Positions 36,157 through 49,692 are shown, numbered from the whole stretch's first letter. The stretch: DNA of 62,987 bases, filler included, from Rhabdomonas costata (GCA_019059605.1; 26 parts of 26 records of this genome joined end to end with filler, not necessarily neighbours in it), one strand, 5' to 3'. Notes: generated by a model from the letters alone, not told the origin. Made by a program: numbers and translations.

Positions 36157-39046
36157 GTATGCTGAACTCGTTTTCTTTGTTGCTACCTCGCATCGCATCG
36201 CATCGCATCGCATCGCAACATATTTTGTTGAATTGCTGTGTTTCAGTCTTTGCTGTTTTTTGTATTCCTCTCAGATCTCTCTCGCGTTCCTTCTTGTAAA
36301 TTGCTTTTCTTTTTGTTGCTACACCACAACNNNNNNNNNNNNNNNNNNNNNNNNNNNNNNNNNNNNNNNNNNNNTTAATTAATTAANNNNNNNNNNNNNN
36401 NNNNNNNNNNNNNNNNNNNNNNNNNNNNNNGTTTCAATGTTATGGGACTCCCGGTACTTACATAACACGGTGCAAATTTTCTTTTTGACCTTGACCAAAG
36501 AAATCCTCTTTATTCCCTCGTTCTTCAAGGAGCCTCCCTCTGCAACCTCTATTACAGGGACGACAACAGGAACTCCTCAGTGCGATTTTTCTTCTACGGG
36601 GACGCTCCAGCGAAGAACTGGCGGTTCAGCAGGACGGGGCAGCTCCGAATGTTTGACTTTGACTCCTCCAGGTAAACAGCCCTTCACCTTCCCCCGCTTC
36701 TTGCCAACAACAACTTCTGTTGTGGTTCAAAACGATGCTTTTGGCACTGAGACCATCATTGATCTTCCATTGAAAGTCCGGCTGCGCGCGACGCTAGTTT
36801 TCGTGGGTTGAATGTTGTTTTGTTTTGCCGAACATCCTTTTGTGTTTCTCGTTGTGCTTGTGAGAGAGCAGGCTGAAGTGCTACCCCCAAAATTAAGCAG
36901 ACGGATGCCGCGAGATGGAGCTTTACCACACAGTGTGATGTACAGTGCAGCATCTTACGGAGATATACAGGACGGCTAACTGCTGCTGTCTCTGACATCT
37001 GCTTGGTGCCCATTCCTTTCCGTCAGTTCGAATACCCCTCCATAACCGTACCGTACTCTTCCCTTTCAGATGGATCTTCGCCAACACAGCGTGCAAGGAC
37101 CATAGCTACTGCACAGGCTCCAGTATCGGGACAGGCACTGCCGCCGTCAGCCCCTGCGTGCAGGGCCGCTGCGCTGCCCCTGCAATGTCCAACGCGGTGA
37201 CCTACCACATCCAGACTTGGGTCAGCGCCGCGGTGAAGGCCGTACCTCCGGCCTCTGCATGGTTCCGCCACATCCAGCATCTCAGGCGAAGAGCGCCCCA
37301 CTTTACCCGCAAAATGCTTCACAGCACTATCGCCCAGCTTGAGCAAGCTGCCCTGCGGTGATAGGCTTCTTGGGTTGTGACTATTGGAGCAAGGAAATGA
37401 GGGCTGTTTTCAGACATCGGGCGCTCAGGCCTGGTTTCATGCCCATCGGCATCGTCTGCTGAATGCCAAGTGTAAGGTATGGCTTGGCACTGTCCTTCCG
37501 AGAGGTCCCTGCCCAGCGGGACTGCCAGAGTTGGAAGCGTTCCATGAGACATTTGCGTTGAGGTCTGGTGATGATTTCACTGGAGGCTCTGCAGCAGCAT
37601 TCGCGGAGTTTGGCCTCCGTGCCGGCAAGGTGATGAGGTTGTCAGGGAAATGTGAGGGGTTCCAAGCATGTAAGCAGTGCATGTTCTGATATTGAACACC
37701 GCGATCTCGATCAAAAACGGTTTGTGAAACGGGACATGGGCATGAGCAGTGAATGCACTGGTGAACGGGGTGCGCTTGCTCAAAAACTGTCAAATTTCTT
37801 TCTTTGCTCCCCACCCCCTCCACAATGCATTTCATGGGTCAGTCTCACCTGAAGCCCCAGTGTATAGGTTGTGGTATAGGTGTGCATAGGTGTATAGGTT
37901 GTGCATTTTTCGTGGCCAGTGGTCATGTATTCCGCACAAATCTGCTTCTGATAATAATCCACTGACTCACCCATAATAATCCACTGACTCACCCCCAGCT
38001 CCGATGAAAAGGCAGCGGGGGGTCCCAGTAAAAATACCTTATGGAGTTTTATTTTGTTTGGATCACACCCCCGTCTGATTATTCTGCGTCGGATTGCAGT
38101 TGTTGAAATCGCCTTCGTTGAAGAAGCGTGAACGTAACTTCTTCTGTTGGTTTCTTCACCCTGTACCATGGAATGCATGTGCGGGATGAGCTTCCTGGCT
38201 GAATTTTGCAGGTCGCTTGTTTGGTTTTGATGCTCCCCTTGCGCTGTTTTTAAATGGCATCATTCAAGGGTCGCGGCAAAGCCGATGACGGCTTGCTGTC
38301 AGAAAGTGAGTTTGTCAGAAAATTGGTGTCATGCGTTTCTGCGTGGCGAGCCTTTTTTTCGCTCAGTCTTTCCAACCCAGTTGTTTGTGCGCTTTAAGAA
38401 CGCGGTGGGTAAGGGCGCTTGGGCCCGCTAGCTGATCTGGGATGTTTTGGGAGAGTGGGGGGCGGCATGTTTTGGACAACACCGTTGCAACGTTGCATTT
38501 TGGCACTGATGGGGGGTGTACCATTGGAAACTGAATGCGGAAATCTTGAGCGATTACCTGTGTATTGTAGTCTCAAAGAGGCCGAAAAATCCTTGGTGTC
38601 GGCAACGATGCGCCGAACGTTTCGAACTTGTGTTTTAACGGGAAGGCTGATCTGTTCTGTTATTCGACATTTGTTCTCTTTTTGCGATTGGTTGATCCCT
38701 TCACATCGAAATCAGCTGAAAGTTGATGGCGGCGCGCCTCGATTTTCACTACTTNNNNNNNNNNNNNNNNNNNNNNNNNNNNNNNNNNNNNNNNNNNNTT
38801 AATTAATTAANNNNNNNNNNNNNNNNNNNNNNNNNNNNNNNNNNNNNNNNNNNNCCATCATAGTACAGAATAAAAAGCGAGTACAGAGGGAGTGGCGGGG
38901 GAGAGGAGTGGGATGGAGGGGAAACAACAAAGATAAAGTAAATAGAAGATAAATACACTTTACTGGAGATTTTTGTTCCGCATAACAGTATATAAGTGTC
39001 GCGATTGTTGTAGACCTACCAGTGGCTTAGCATCCTATTTTCTCAG

Positions 39047-41115
39047 GGGGAGCTCACGAAGCTGGGACGCCGGATGGCGGAGTTCCCTCTGGACCCTCAG
39101 CTTTCGAAGACCTTGATCGCTGCTGGGACTTATCACTGCACCGATCAAGTTGCGAGCGTGTGCGCGCTGCTCTCGGTGAACAACTCCGTGTTCTACATGC
39201 CAAAGTATGCCTTGCATCGTGTTCCCTCTGTGTGTGTCTGTGTTTGCAGTTGCCGTGCTGAGCGAATTATTTTTATTCCACGTCCTTGAAAGGAGTGTTG
39301 AAAACGTGTCGTTCGCGTTCGCAACGTTCGCGGGGCTTGAGTGTCCATCTCTGGGATCCTTTGTAAAATTGTTTTCCTTTTTTGTGGTTCTATTCCCGTT
39401 GTTGTGTGTTTTTCAGAACCTCGGCAACTTGTGGAACTGAGTTTCTGTACCTTAGGTGCCAGCACTTCTTTTTCCCATGCGCTTTTTGTTCTCCACGGTG
39501 GTTTTGGATACATTAATATATGAGCAAATCGGCGGGAAAACCCCCGTGCAGCGCTGTCCCTCCTTTTTGGAAACAGCGGTGGTGTTCCGGTGAGGTTTTC
39601 TTTTCGTGCATGTGAGTCCCCCCCCCCAAAAAAAAAACAATTGAAACCGAAAAAGGGATAAGAAGGTGCAGGCCGAGAACGCCCGGAGAAACTTCTTCCG
39701 CGGGGGTGGCGACCACCTTGCCCTTCTGAACGTCTGGGAAGAGTTTGAGGTTGGCCATGTGCTCTCTCCCTGGCTGTTTTACCTGTTCCCCGTTCCCCAT
39801 GCTTGCATAAAATTAGTTGTCCTCGTTCCGCATTCTGTGTCGTTGTGTCGGATGCGCTTCACCTTGCTCGCCTTCGCCCTCGAAGAAGGAAGGACAGCCA
39901 GCATGGCGGGGTTGAAAGGTAAGGAGGAATCCTGGGCGATATTTCCGTTTGCTGCGCGGTTGCTTCTAGGTACGGAGCTTCTTAGTTTCCCCTTGATGAG
40001 CGCAACTCGAAGTGTAGAAATGGTAACAAGTGTACAATGACGAAGGGCACTGCAGCCTGACGAACAGCATATACGACATGTTTTTTCTGTAATCAAGCTT
40101 TTCAGCCTCCCTTTCCTACTCACCACACACTCGCCCACACAAGTCCGCTCGAAGCGTGAGGTCTCGTCGGTTCGTGTGACGAAACCAGCCTTACCGTAAT
40201 AAGCAATAGGTAACAACTGCCGCCGTACTGCTCCCTTGCTGCCGTCCTCTGCCCAGGGCTCGGAGTACTCCACGGCATGGTGCTACGAGAACTTCATCCA
40301 GTACCACAACAAGCGCAGGGCCCGAGAGATTCGGGACCAGCTGACCAACATGATGGAGCGGGTGGACCTGAAGCTGGTTTGTCGCGCTCTAACCCATCTT
40401 CGCTGACCGTGCCGTTTGGGTGTTCCGTCAGTTTTGCTTTGCTTTACTTTTACTTTTACTTTTACTTTTACCATTGGTTTAGCCGCGGTGCGTTGAGACT
40501 GCCATATTTTTTTGCCTGGCTTTGCGATTGTAAAGGAAGGTTTGGCGCGCAGGGTGGCTTGGCTGCCTACAAGCGCTAAATGAAACAATATCAATCATCG
40601 GTTTCATCGGTTGTTAGCATTGAAAATGTTCACCTGTTATTATGCGTTTACAGTTCCCCCCTCCCTCCTCAAAATAACCCTACCGCACCCTGCCACTGCA
40701 CTCCCAGCAACTCCCATTCAGTATGCTTCACTCCCGATTTGCGGACGGGAACCACTCTGGAAGAATCTGGGATGATCGTGCAATTTCGAGTATTCTGTTC
40801 CAACCAATTCGTATTTTCCGATGGTTTTTGCATTCGGGACGTCGCCTGCTTGAATTACCTACTTACCAAGAATGGCCGAATGTTGCCAGGAGCGGACTGA
40901 GGACCTGGACAACATCAAGAAGGCCATCGTGGCGGGGTACTTCTTCCACACTGCCACCCTGAACAAGGACGGCAAGAGCTACCGCACAATCCGCTCTGGG
41001 TCGGCGAACACCACCGTGTACTTGCACCCGCTCTCCTTCCTGTACCGCAAGCCGCAGCGCACCGACCTACCCTCGGCGGGGATGAGCGGGGGCCCTAAGC
41101 CCCTCAACGAGGAGG
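39047..41115 (+). CDS. DHX16: DEAH-box splicing helicase, DHX16/Prp2-like, C-terminal HA2/OB region; exons 39047-39204, 39656-39749, 40257-40376, 40890-~41115
   Basis: GELTKLGRRMAEFPLDPQLSK...SVNNSVFYMPK|DKKVQAENARRNFF..GDHLALLNVW|..YSTAWCYENFIQ...RAREIRDQL|..IKKAIVAGYFFHTA.L...YRT..VYLHP.S. Confidence 0.88.
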
Positions 41116-41277
41116 GTGGGCAGCCTCCACACCGACGTTGTGTTCGGGCTAGTGAAGGTTTACACCCCCCCACCACANNNNNNNNNNNNNNNNNNNNNNN
41201 NNNNNNNNNNNNNNNNNNNNNTTAATTAATTAANNNNNNNNNNNNNNNNNNNNNNNNNNNNNNNNNNNNNNNNNNNN

Positions 41278-43601
41278 ACAGCAGGGGCGCGAGGTGCCTT
41301 TCACACTGGCCACTGGCTGGACGCACTTATCCGCTGAATACCAGCAAGGATATGAGCTCCCCGAAGACGCAGCCGCTGCAGAAATGGTTGGTTTGGCGTC
41401 CACCTCTCCTTCCCTCTTCCCCTCGCACTCGCTTCCTTGGGCACTGCTTATATCTTTGGGCTCGTAAAAGCACCAGAATTGTGCACATCTCCGTGCAAGT
41501 ACCCACGCAGAACGCATCGTGCATGGCATCCCAATGGCATTGTGCTTGTCATCCGGGCTCGGGAAACCGTGCAGCTGAACAATTGCGGACATCAAACAAA
41601 GCCATAGGACACTCAACACAGCCAACGGCTAGTGCATCGTGGAGCGCAATCGCGATCCTGGTCAAAACCAAGTGTGCACGGTTGCCAGGCGTGCAAGCTG
41701 GAGCAGTGGTTCCAGACGAAGACAGCAAGGCAAATGCTGACTGGTGTGAACCAAGTGCCAAGTTAAAAACAAGAGCTCAACACAAACCCGCACACGCTTA
41801 CAGAAAGAAGCACAGAGGGAACAACACAGCCTCAGCATCCAAAAAAAAGACACAGCGGGCCATGGTTAAGGCAAAGGAACGGGCGGGGAAAGCAGCAACA
41901 AAGGAGCAGCGGCTGCAGCCTTCGATGCCAGCGCTGCCCTCAGTTGCCTGAGCTCCTTCTGCTGCCGCAGGACTTCCCCGACGACCTCACGCGCCTCAGC
42001 GCTGACCTTCGGCTGGGCCTCCTCGTCCAGCAGCTCGTGGGCAACCGCCAGACGGACCAGCTGCCGCACAAACCCAGCATTGAGAAGAACTGGCTTTCCC
42101 CGCAGCCGCAGCACATGCCGCAATGCGGCAAGAAGCGGGAGCTTCTGGGTGAGCATGAGGTGCGCCGTGACCAAGGCGGCGCTGCGGTTCACCCCGGCTG
42201 CGCAGTGGACCAGGACTTTCCGGCTGGGTCCGGGCGAGAGAGGGCCTGGGCTTTCAGCTGCGCATGGGGGAGAGTGGTTGAAATCGCGCATTTGAAGATG
42301 TGAGTCAATGAACCGTAGTGAAACCTGTCCAAATTGGAAATCCCTCGGTTCGAAGGTCACGGAAGACCAACGGTTTCCTTGTCGCGAACCTCTGGGCAAT
42401 GGGGTCGGAAGCGCCGTGCATATATTCGTACAGAAACTTTGCATGTAACATTACTTCGGGAAAATACTTCTCTTTTGGCGGATACCAACTTTGCGAGAGA
42501 TCAAATATCTTGTTTATCTTGTTTAAGCGGTCACTGGCATCACTCTTTCATCCCTTGCCCTCGGGAGGGTGGGAGTGGAAGGGTTCGCTACCGAAGTCGT
42601 GCCATATATACCTCGATTTCCTATGAAACGTCAATATTCACGAATTAACCAACAGGGAGACGGCTGACCTATGAGATCGCTTCGGGACGTTTCAGGACAT
42701 CATCCTTCTAGCCTTCGACAAGCAGGAAAGAATCCGAAGGCAGTACGCCCATGTTCCCGGAAACAGTACCTCTGGTGTCACCTGGCTCCAGCGGACTGCC
42801 CTGGCGGGAGGGCTGCAGTGTGCTGTTGATCACCTGACTGACCTCTTCCAGGTGCAGCCCAAGCAGGTCGTAGACTGGCTCATCCTCTGCTGCTATCACG
42901 ACCCGATGAATCCCTCTCACGGTATATTTTCGAGAGGAAGGTCCATACAGATCGTCTCCACAGCAGCACACTACAGCCGCAACCCTATCAGCAACCAACT
43001 TGCCAAGCTGTGAAGCATCCGCAAAGGACCCCAGAAGCAGCCCTGGGCTGACCTCGCATGGCGAGAGGGCTCGGCTGCTCCATGACCCGTTCTCGTCCAC
43101 GGGGTACTCGCGAAGAGCCTCCGCTGCAAGTTCCAGCAGGGGCTGCAACAATGTGTGCTCCCTACGCAGCAGCTCGGCGTGGCTGGAAAGCTGCTCCGCC
43201 GCTGCCCTGGCCGCCTCGTTGCTCTGCACCCGCAGACAGCTGTTGCAGAACCCCAGCTTTTCCACCGAACCCAGCCGAGAGCACCCACTGACCTGGCACT
43301 TTGTCGCCATTCCAGGAAGCGTGCGAAAAAGAAAACGTCCCCTCCTGTGAAAATTTACAGACCCCTTTTCATGCAGGCTGCGTTGCCAAATAGTTTAGGG
43401 AGTTAAGCGCATCCACGGAACCCATACAAAAACCCGAAGTTGACGGGCGAGCCCACAAAACTGGTTGGCTTGGCACAGCAGGGGCGCGAGGTGCCTTTCA
43501 CACTGGCCACTGGCTGGACGCACTTATCCGCTGAATACCAGCAAGGATATGAGCTCCCCGAAGACGCAGCCGCTGCAGAAATGGTTGGTTTGGCGTCCAC
43601 C
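41278..43601. repeat. Exact 127-bp direct terminal repeat of a contig (41278-41404 = 43475-43601)
   Basis: The first and last 127 nt of the contig are identical, the usual signature of a de Bruijn loop edge at k=127. Implied unit length is 2197 bp. Confidence 0.93.
41866..43310 (-). CDS. Dual-specificity protein phosphatase with N-terminal A20-type zinc finger; complete, 310 aa; exons 43310-42770, 42257-41866
   Basis: CQVSGCSRLGSVEKLGFCNSC (C-x4-C-x11-C-x2-C), PCEVSPGLLLGS, general acid AEDEP, P-loop VLVHCAAGVNRSA, and NAGFVRQL. Exon lengths 541 + 392 = 933 nt. Confidence 0.92.
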
Positions 43602-44893
43602 NNNNNNNNNNNNNNNNNNNNNNNNNNNNNNNNNNNNNNNNNNNNTTAATTAATTAANNNNNNNNNNNNNNNNNNNNNNNNNNNNNNNNNNNNNNNNNNN
43701 NGTGCTTCCGGTGGTTCACCCACCAACGGCTGCCGGGGACCCAGCATCAGGCGCTGCTACTGGCGGCCGCCTCTATCCTGACATGCCTGACGCCCGTCAA
43801 CGCCCAGGTTCAGTGGATCCCGGGCCACTTGAACCTCGCCGACCCCTGGTCCAGGGGGCCGCTCAACCGCGCACCGGCTGCGCCAGCAGTTGGGAGAACT
43901 GCGCAGCGCGTAATCGACCACTTTTCGGGAGGAGGATAGTTTGCTTGCTTGCTTGACGTTTGTTTGCTTGTTTGCTTGCTTGCTTGGTTGCTTGGTTGCT
44001 GGCTGGCTTGTTTGTGTGTGCGTGTGTGCATTTGTGAAAGAGGTGGCACCCTGTCGGATAAGAAGGGGCTGCGTGGGGAACGCATCATGCCCACCCGGTC
44101 GGAGGAAAGGCTGTTGGATTCCGCCAAAGGGGTAGGGGCCTGAAACCACAACAAAAAGTATCCCCCAAAGGCCCATGTACCTCATTCACGTACGGGGTGT
44201 GCGTACGTAGGCGCATCCATGAGTGCGTACGCAGGCGAACATACGCTAGGTTTCAGCAAGAGGCACCTTCTGATGAGACCCATGGCGACAAAAAGACCTT
44301 CATAAAGCAAGGGAAAACACGTGTGTATGAAGACGGCTTTTACAACCCAAATGAGTTCACTAACTTTGGATCAAATCTTCAGCCATTAACGTCCGACGTG
44401 GGCCCCCTGGGACAGCAGCCGGACCGGACCAAATCGTTCGCTCCTGCGTTTGCCTTACCCCCCCCCCGCTCTTCTCCGATCTCCTCAGACGGTGCAAAGA
44501 AATACTTTGGGTCTCACAATTTCCGGGTGATCCACGACAATTGATGCACGTCTCAAGGCCCGCGGATGGGACCAGAAGGACAAAACAAGGAATTCGGTTC
44601 AAAGAGTTGAGACGGCGGGCGGGCGGGCGTGTGTGTTGAGTACACTGTACGCTGGCTGCCTGTGTGCGTGTGCGTGTTCGTGGGTGAGTGGCGGTTGTTC
44701 AGGCCTGGAACGAGGACCGCAGTGAGCCCCGGCTGGCGTAGTGCAGCACACTGCTGCACGTCCGCGGCAGGGGAAGGAGGGACTGAGGGGACAGCCCAGG
44801 CTGTGCCTGTGCGGGAACTTGCAGCTGGTGTTGTTGTTGTTGCTGCTGCTGCTGCTGCTGCCGGCGTGCTTGGCGGGCCTTGGAACAGTCAAC

Positions 44894-45446
44894 CTCTGCG
44901 CGAGCCTGGCGCACAAAGCTGACCACCTCCTGAAGACACCCCCCACACCTGGCAGAACATTCACACAAAAGGGAAAGGCTTCCCCAGCTCCCCATCGCTT
45001 CGTCCTCAGTCCTCATGAGAGTCTCCGGTTACAGTCACCCATATATATGGCTGATGCAATCCCCCAACAACATCAGTCACAGCGATCCCTCCGCGGGCAC
45101 CCTTTTTTTTTGTTTTGTCACAGCTCAGCAACACACACACAGCACAGTCGTCAAACGCACCTACACAGACACGTGTACAAAGCGTGTACAAAGCTGGTAA
45201 GATTGGGGCCAAGCTGCATGTTCTCCTGGCCCTTTGCTACGCTGGGGAGGCCTGTGGAGAAGCCAATTTAAATGGTCTATAGTTCCCTGATTCCTGTTGA
45301 CTGACCCAGCTCTGGCGGCCGACAAATGCCCATAATGACCTCCAGAACAGCGAGAGTGGTAAAACTGGACAAAAGCATACCTCCGTGGAGAGATAATCCC
45401 ACAGCCCATCGGTGCCGATCACGAGAAACTCGTCCGTGGGTTGAAG
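44894..45446 (-). CDS. PP2C/PPM-family phosphatase fragment; exons 45446-45381, 44929-44894
   Basis: LQPTDEFLVIGTDGLWDYLSTE|EVVSFVRQARAE contains the PP2C DGLWD motif, with GT-AG boundaries. Confidence 0.8.
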
Positions 45447-46595
45447 CTGCAGAAACATGGGAACCCAAACGCTTCGCACAACGCATCTTCCTCTTTTCCA
45501 GGACAAGGTCACATGCTCAAGCTCGAACTCGAGCTCCGCCAAAGGTCTTCGAAGGTCTCGTGGGAAGCTCAGCCAATGGCACGAGGACGGCTACGCCACG
45601 TCGGTCCGCATTCGCCGACATCCGCCGTTCGGACGCATGCCCACGTGCTTCCACTCCGAGGGATTTTGTCGAGTCCACGTATGCCGTCACCAAAAATTTA
45701 TTCAGTGCACGTTAACGGCGGATATGCTCTGATGACAGTTGCGCACACACACATACAGACATATACCAGATTCTTCCGTTCGCCGCGTTTTTCCTTTCCA
45801 AGAGCCTCCTCTACGTTGCCCAAGGATCCTTAAACCTGAGAGAACTCCAACAGACGACCACACCCGCATTTCCTGTGGCAAATCGGGGGGTGAACTTCTG
45901 AGAGAGATTTTGAGATTCTGGGCAATCCCGCTCCTGGAAGGCCTTTCAGTCTCACCCGCACGCTTGTGAGAGACAGAATGAGGTGGAGGAGAGATCCCAC
46001 GGGTGTGGAGCTGAAACACAACCCACNNNNNNNNNNNNNNNNNNNNNNNNNNNNNNNNNNNNNNNNNNNNTTAATTAATTAANNNNNNNNNNNNNNNNNN
46101 NNNNNNNNNNNNNNNNNNNNNNNNNNTGGTACAATCTGATGCGAGCGTCTCCTCAGCGAAGAATCCAATGGGCGAAATTTCCGCAGCCCAGCCGCACAGC
46201 GATCAGCAGCCCGAATGCTGGCCTCTTGTGTAGGTGAGGAAACAACACCCGAACTAGGGGCATGGTGTTCAATGGCAAACGAGGCGATAAGCAGTGCAGT
46301 TGCCAAGGAGCAATGGACTCCGTCATCTCCAGGCAACGAATGTCCCCAACCAGGCACCTGCTGGCCCTCTTTTTCCAGGGGAAGTCCTGGTTGGGGTGGG
46401 GCCAGAGTTGCCTTCATCCTTACGCCTAATCGAGACCAGTGTGTTAGACCATGATGGATTCGAGCCGACCTCGGTGCCTGACTGTATCCGTACCACTGTT
46501 CTCCCTTCACACCCAGCTCAGTGTTTGTGTGGGTAGGTGGGTGTACTGATTGGTGGGTGGGCTGATGCTGAGTGGTGGGTGGATGGGTGGTGCAG

Positions 46596-48313
46596 GGTGC
46601 GCTGATCAAGCGCCACCAGATCCCGCGGCCGGACGGCGCGAACTACTCCTTCGAGGACTTCAACATCGGCCGCACGATCATCCTCTACGCCAAGGCCTTC
46701 CACCTCACAGACTGCGACCTCTTCACCCGGGTCTCCCCTCTCCCTCGTTGCTGGTGTTTGAGCTGTACCGTTGCTGCAGCAAGGCATATGCGGTGTCTGC
46801 ATTGTTGTGAAGGTTGTGAAGGCACAGGCATTCATGCGCATTAGTCGTCTCCCGCCATCGGCTCTCACCAGCAGACGACGTGTTGAAATTCTCCCTTGGA
46901 TTGTTTTTATGCACTGAACTGTTTCAGGACAGCCTGCCTTTCAGAGCACATCCCCAGCCAAGTTGACCCTCTAAATACCACCCATTTTCCTTCCTTCACA
47001 TTGAACTTCGCAATGGACGCAACAACACAAAGATTACCCCGGCGGCCAGTGCAGGCCGAATACCTGATACTTGTGGGTCTGGTTTTATACAACATAGAAA
47101 AAATTCTTACCCCTGCGGCGCCAAAACGTGATTTGCAAAGGCCTTTATGGAAAACTGCACACCAAAATGCGGGGGGGGGGCGAATCACTGGACCTTACCC
47201 TTACAGTCGCAACACTGAAATGAAGGCGATAACATTTTTATAGTGTCCGGCGACTCCGGGTGATGCGTCGCACACGTTCCTGTGAGTTTCCACCACATTT
47301 TCTCTGGGCTTCACACACACGCTCTCTCTTCTCTCTTTCTCTCCCTGGCTGGTTTTTATTCCATTATGTTTTTTTGGTGCGGTTTCGGTTTCACAGAAGT
47401 TCCTGGAGGGGATGGGCATCGGGGTGCCGCCCCCGGAGGAGTTCCCCGAGGACCAGTACACGGAGACTCGCCGTCGGCAGAACATGGCGATGGTGCCGAA
47501 GAAGGCCAAGTCTCCAGATGACATGAACTTCAGCGAGGGCGGGTATGCCACGCCTCCGCACTGCTCTTTTTCCTCGCTAGCTGAGTGAATGAAGTAAGTT
47601 TTGTCCACGAACCACACTGGGGATCACCGGGTTTCCTTGGAGGCAAAAACCCTTCGCTGCCCTTCGATGCATACCCTCTTCCGTCCCGTGGATCTCCGGT
47701 GTCTAATTTGAACGTTAGAAAACTCCGATCAGTCGGATGAAAAATGCCGCAAAGGCACTCCTGACACTGCTTTTTTTTTGAAAAGAAAAACGTGCGCTGT
47801 TTTTTCGATGCTCTATTTGAGGTTATCCAAGACGTCTCGAGGCTAGGATACAGAAAGAAAGCACATCAACTTCAGTGCTCGTGTGTGCATCGTGGGTAGG
47901 TGGTCCAAATAAAAAAGGGGGAGGCGCACCAAGCTGACGTCGGAGGAGATCTCCGCCACGAAGCAGTTCCTGGCGCAGGACAAGATGGTGCTGAAGTTCC
48001 ACTGCGTGTGGGATGACCGCTCCTCTCTCTACGGCGACATCCGGCTCTTCGTACGCTCCCCCCCCCCCCTCTCCTTTCCCTTCCCGACATCGCGCTCCCA
48101 TCGCGGTCTCTTCAAATGTTTCGATGATTGGTAGCCTTGTTCTCCTGTCTTCAGACGTTGCAGTACTTCCTGGCCAATGACACGATTGAGGTGACCGAAA
48201 CCAACCCCCCGAACTGCGGCCGGGACCCCTTCCCCAGCTTCGTGAAGCGCTCGAAGGTGCCCAAGATCACCGACGGGAAGTACGTCAACCCCAACGCCTC
48301 CCTCACGTTCAAG
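46596..48313 (+). CDS. EFHC1/Rib72-like axonemal DM10-domain protein; exons 46596-46730, 47397-47542, 47918-48050, 48155-48313
   Basis: GALIKRHQIP...FNIGRTIILYAKAFHLTDCDLFTR|KFLEGMGI...P.D.Y|...QFLAQDKMVLKFHCVWDDRSSLYGDIR|LQYFLANDTIEV.E...NCGRDPFPSFVKR are DM10 repeats. Confidence 0.92.
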
Positions 48314-49692
48314 GTGCGCACATCCACGTGCACTTGCAGCTCTCATGCGTGCAGCGGCAGTTCTCTCTCTCTCTCTCTCTCATGCTCCCTTCGCGATTGC
48401 CCTCCCTCCTGTCATCGCCCCCGCGTTAGTAAGGCGGTAGTGGTTGCAAANNNNNNNNNNNNNNNNNNNNNNNNNNNNNNNNNNNNNNNNNNNNTTAATT
48501 AATTAANNNNNNNNNNNNNNNNNNNNNNNNNNNNNNNNNNNNNNNNNNNNTGTGGGTGTGTTTGGGGTTGTGTGAACACCTTCACCAGTCTGACTGGTCG
48601 GAAAGCAGCAGAAGTCGTGGGAAGCTGTTTATGGTATCATGTTACAGCAGAGCAAAAATTGCTAATTCCCTTCTCTCTGCAGCTAGGGTGTGCAGAGCGC
48701 ATTCCTCCTGTCCTCCATCGTTCATCCATCCTTCCTGGTCCTCATTTGTTTGTTTGAAGATTTGACTTCTTTGCAAAGCCACATCGTTCGAAGTGCCGCC
48801 GTGGATGCCTTTCCTTTTATCCCGTCATGTGTTCTCCAGGCGCTGGGCTGCTCGCAGCTGTCGTTTTTGAAGCCCCAGCCTCAGCACCCCTGCCCTATAG
48901 CAGCAGAGCTGAAACTCGCAGACCTGCTGTGAGAATGCTTTTGTAAACCAACGGAAAAGAAACGCCGACTCGTGGCAGGTTTCTTATAAACGTTTACAAG
49001 TACCTAGACATCGAACTACTGTGTGTGATGTATCTCATCGACAAGGGATACCAGTCTATGCTGTCTCTGTGTGAGAGGCGAATGGTGGATGTGTATGCAC
49101 CAATGTGGGTGGGGCACAGCCTGGACCTGCAGCTCCTGAGCTCCCGCCCGTCGAGGTGTGCAGTCATGCCCATGGGTGCGCTGTGCTGCGTCGTGCAGAG
49201 GATATATTGGTAATCACAAATGCATCCAAATAAGTTTTAAGAAAACGTAGTACAGTCGTTTTTGAATACATATTGATTTTGATATATGTGGGGTATGTTC
49301 CGCAGCATGGCCAATAAATTTCCAGCACCGTGCAACGGGACATATGACGCATCCCAGGTCAGAACAGAAAGCCTGTTATTCAGCGGAAAGCAACCGTTGC
49401 GCAACACCAACACAGTCACCCTGAAGCGAAGTCTCGATTATCGCTAGTCCGATCCAAAGTCCGAAGAACCCTTTTGAGCCTTTCTCCGTTTGGATAGACA
49501 GATTAGAGTTAAGGCAGCCGTGGTAACTTCGCGTTCGTACCTTCGCTTCACGTCTTGACAGTCGATGCTGGTAACTCTCATTTGTGTAAAGTACGGGGTG
49601 ATTGGGATTTAATTCGTTTGCTACTGCTGCTTTCTGCTAGGCTCGCTCGGAAAATGGGATGCTATGTGCAGTTCTCCGGTCTCGTTTTGCAG

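Noticed and set aside
36431-38754. Cys/His-rich ORF pieces suggesting a SWIM/MULE element
   Set aside because: Motif spacing is unconvincing and the frames are broken.
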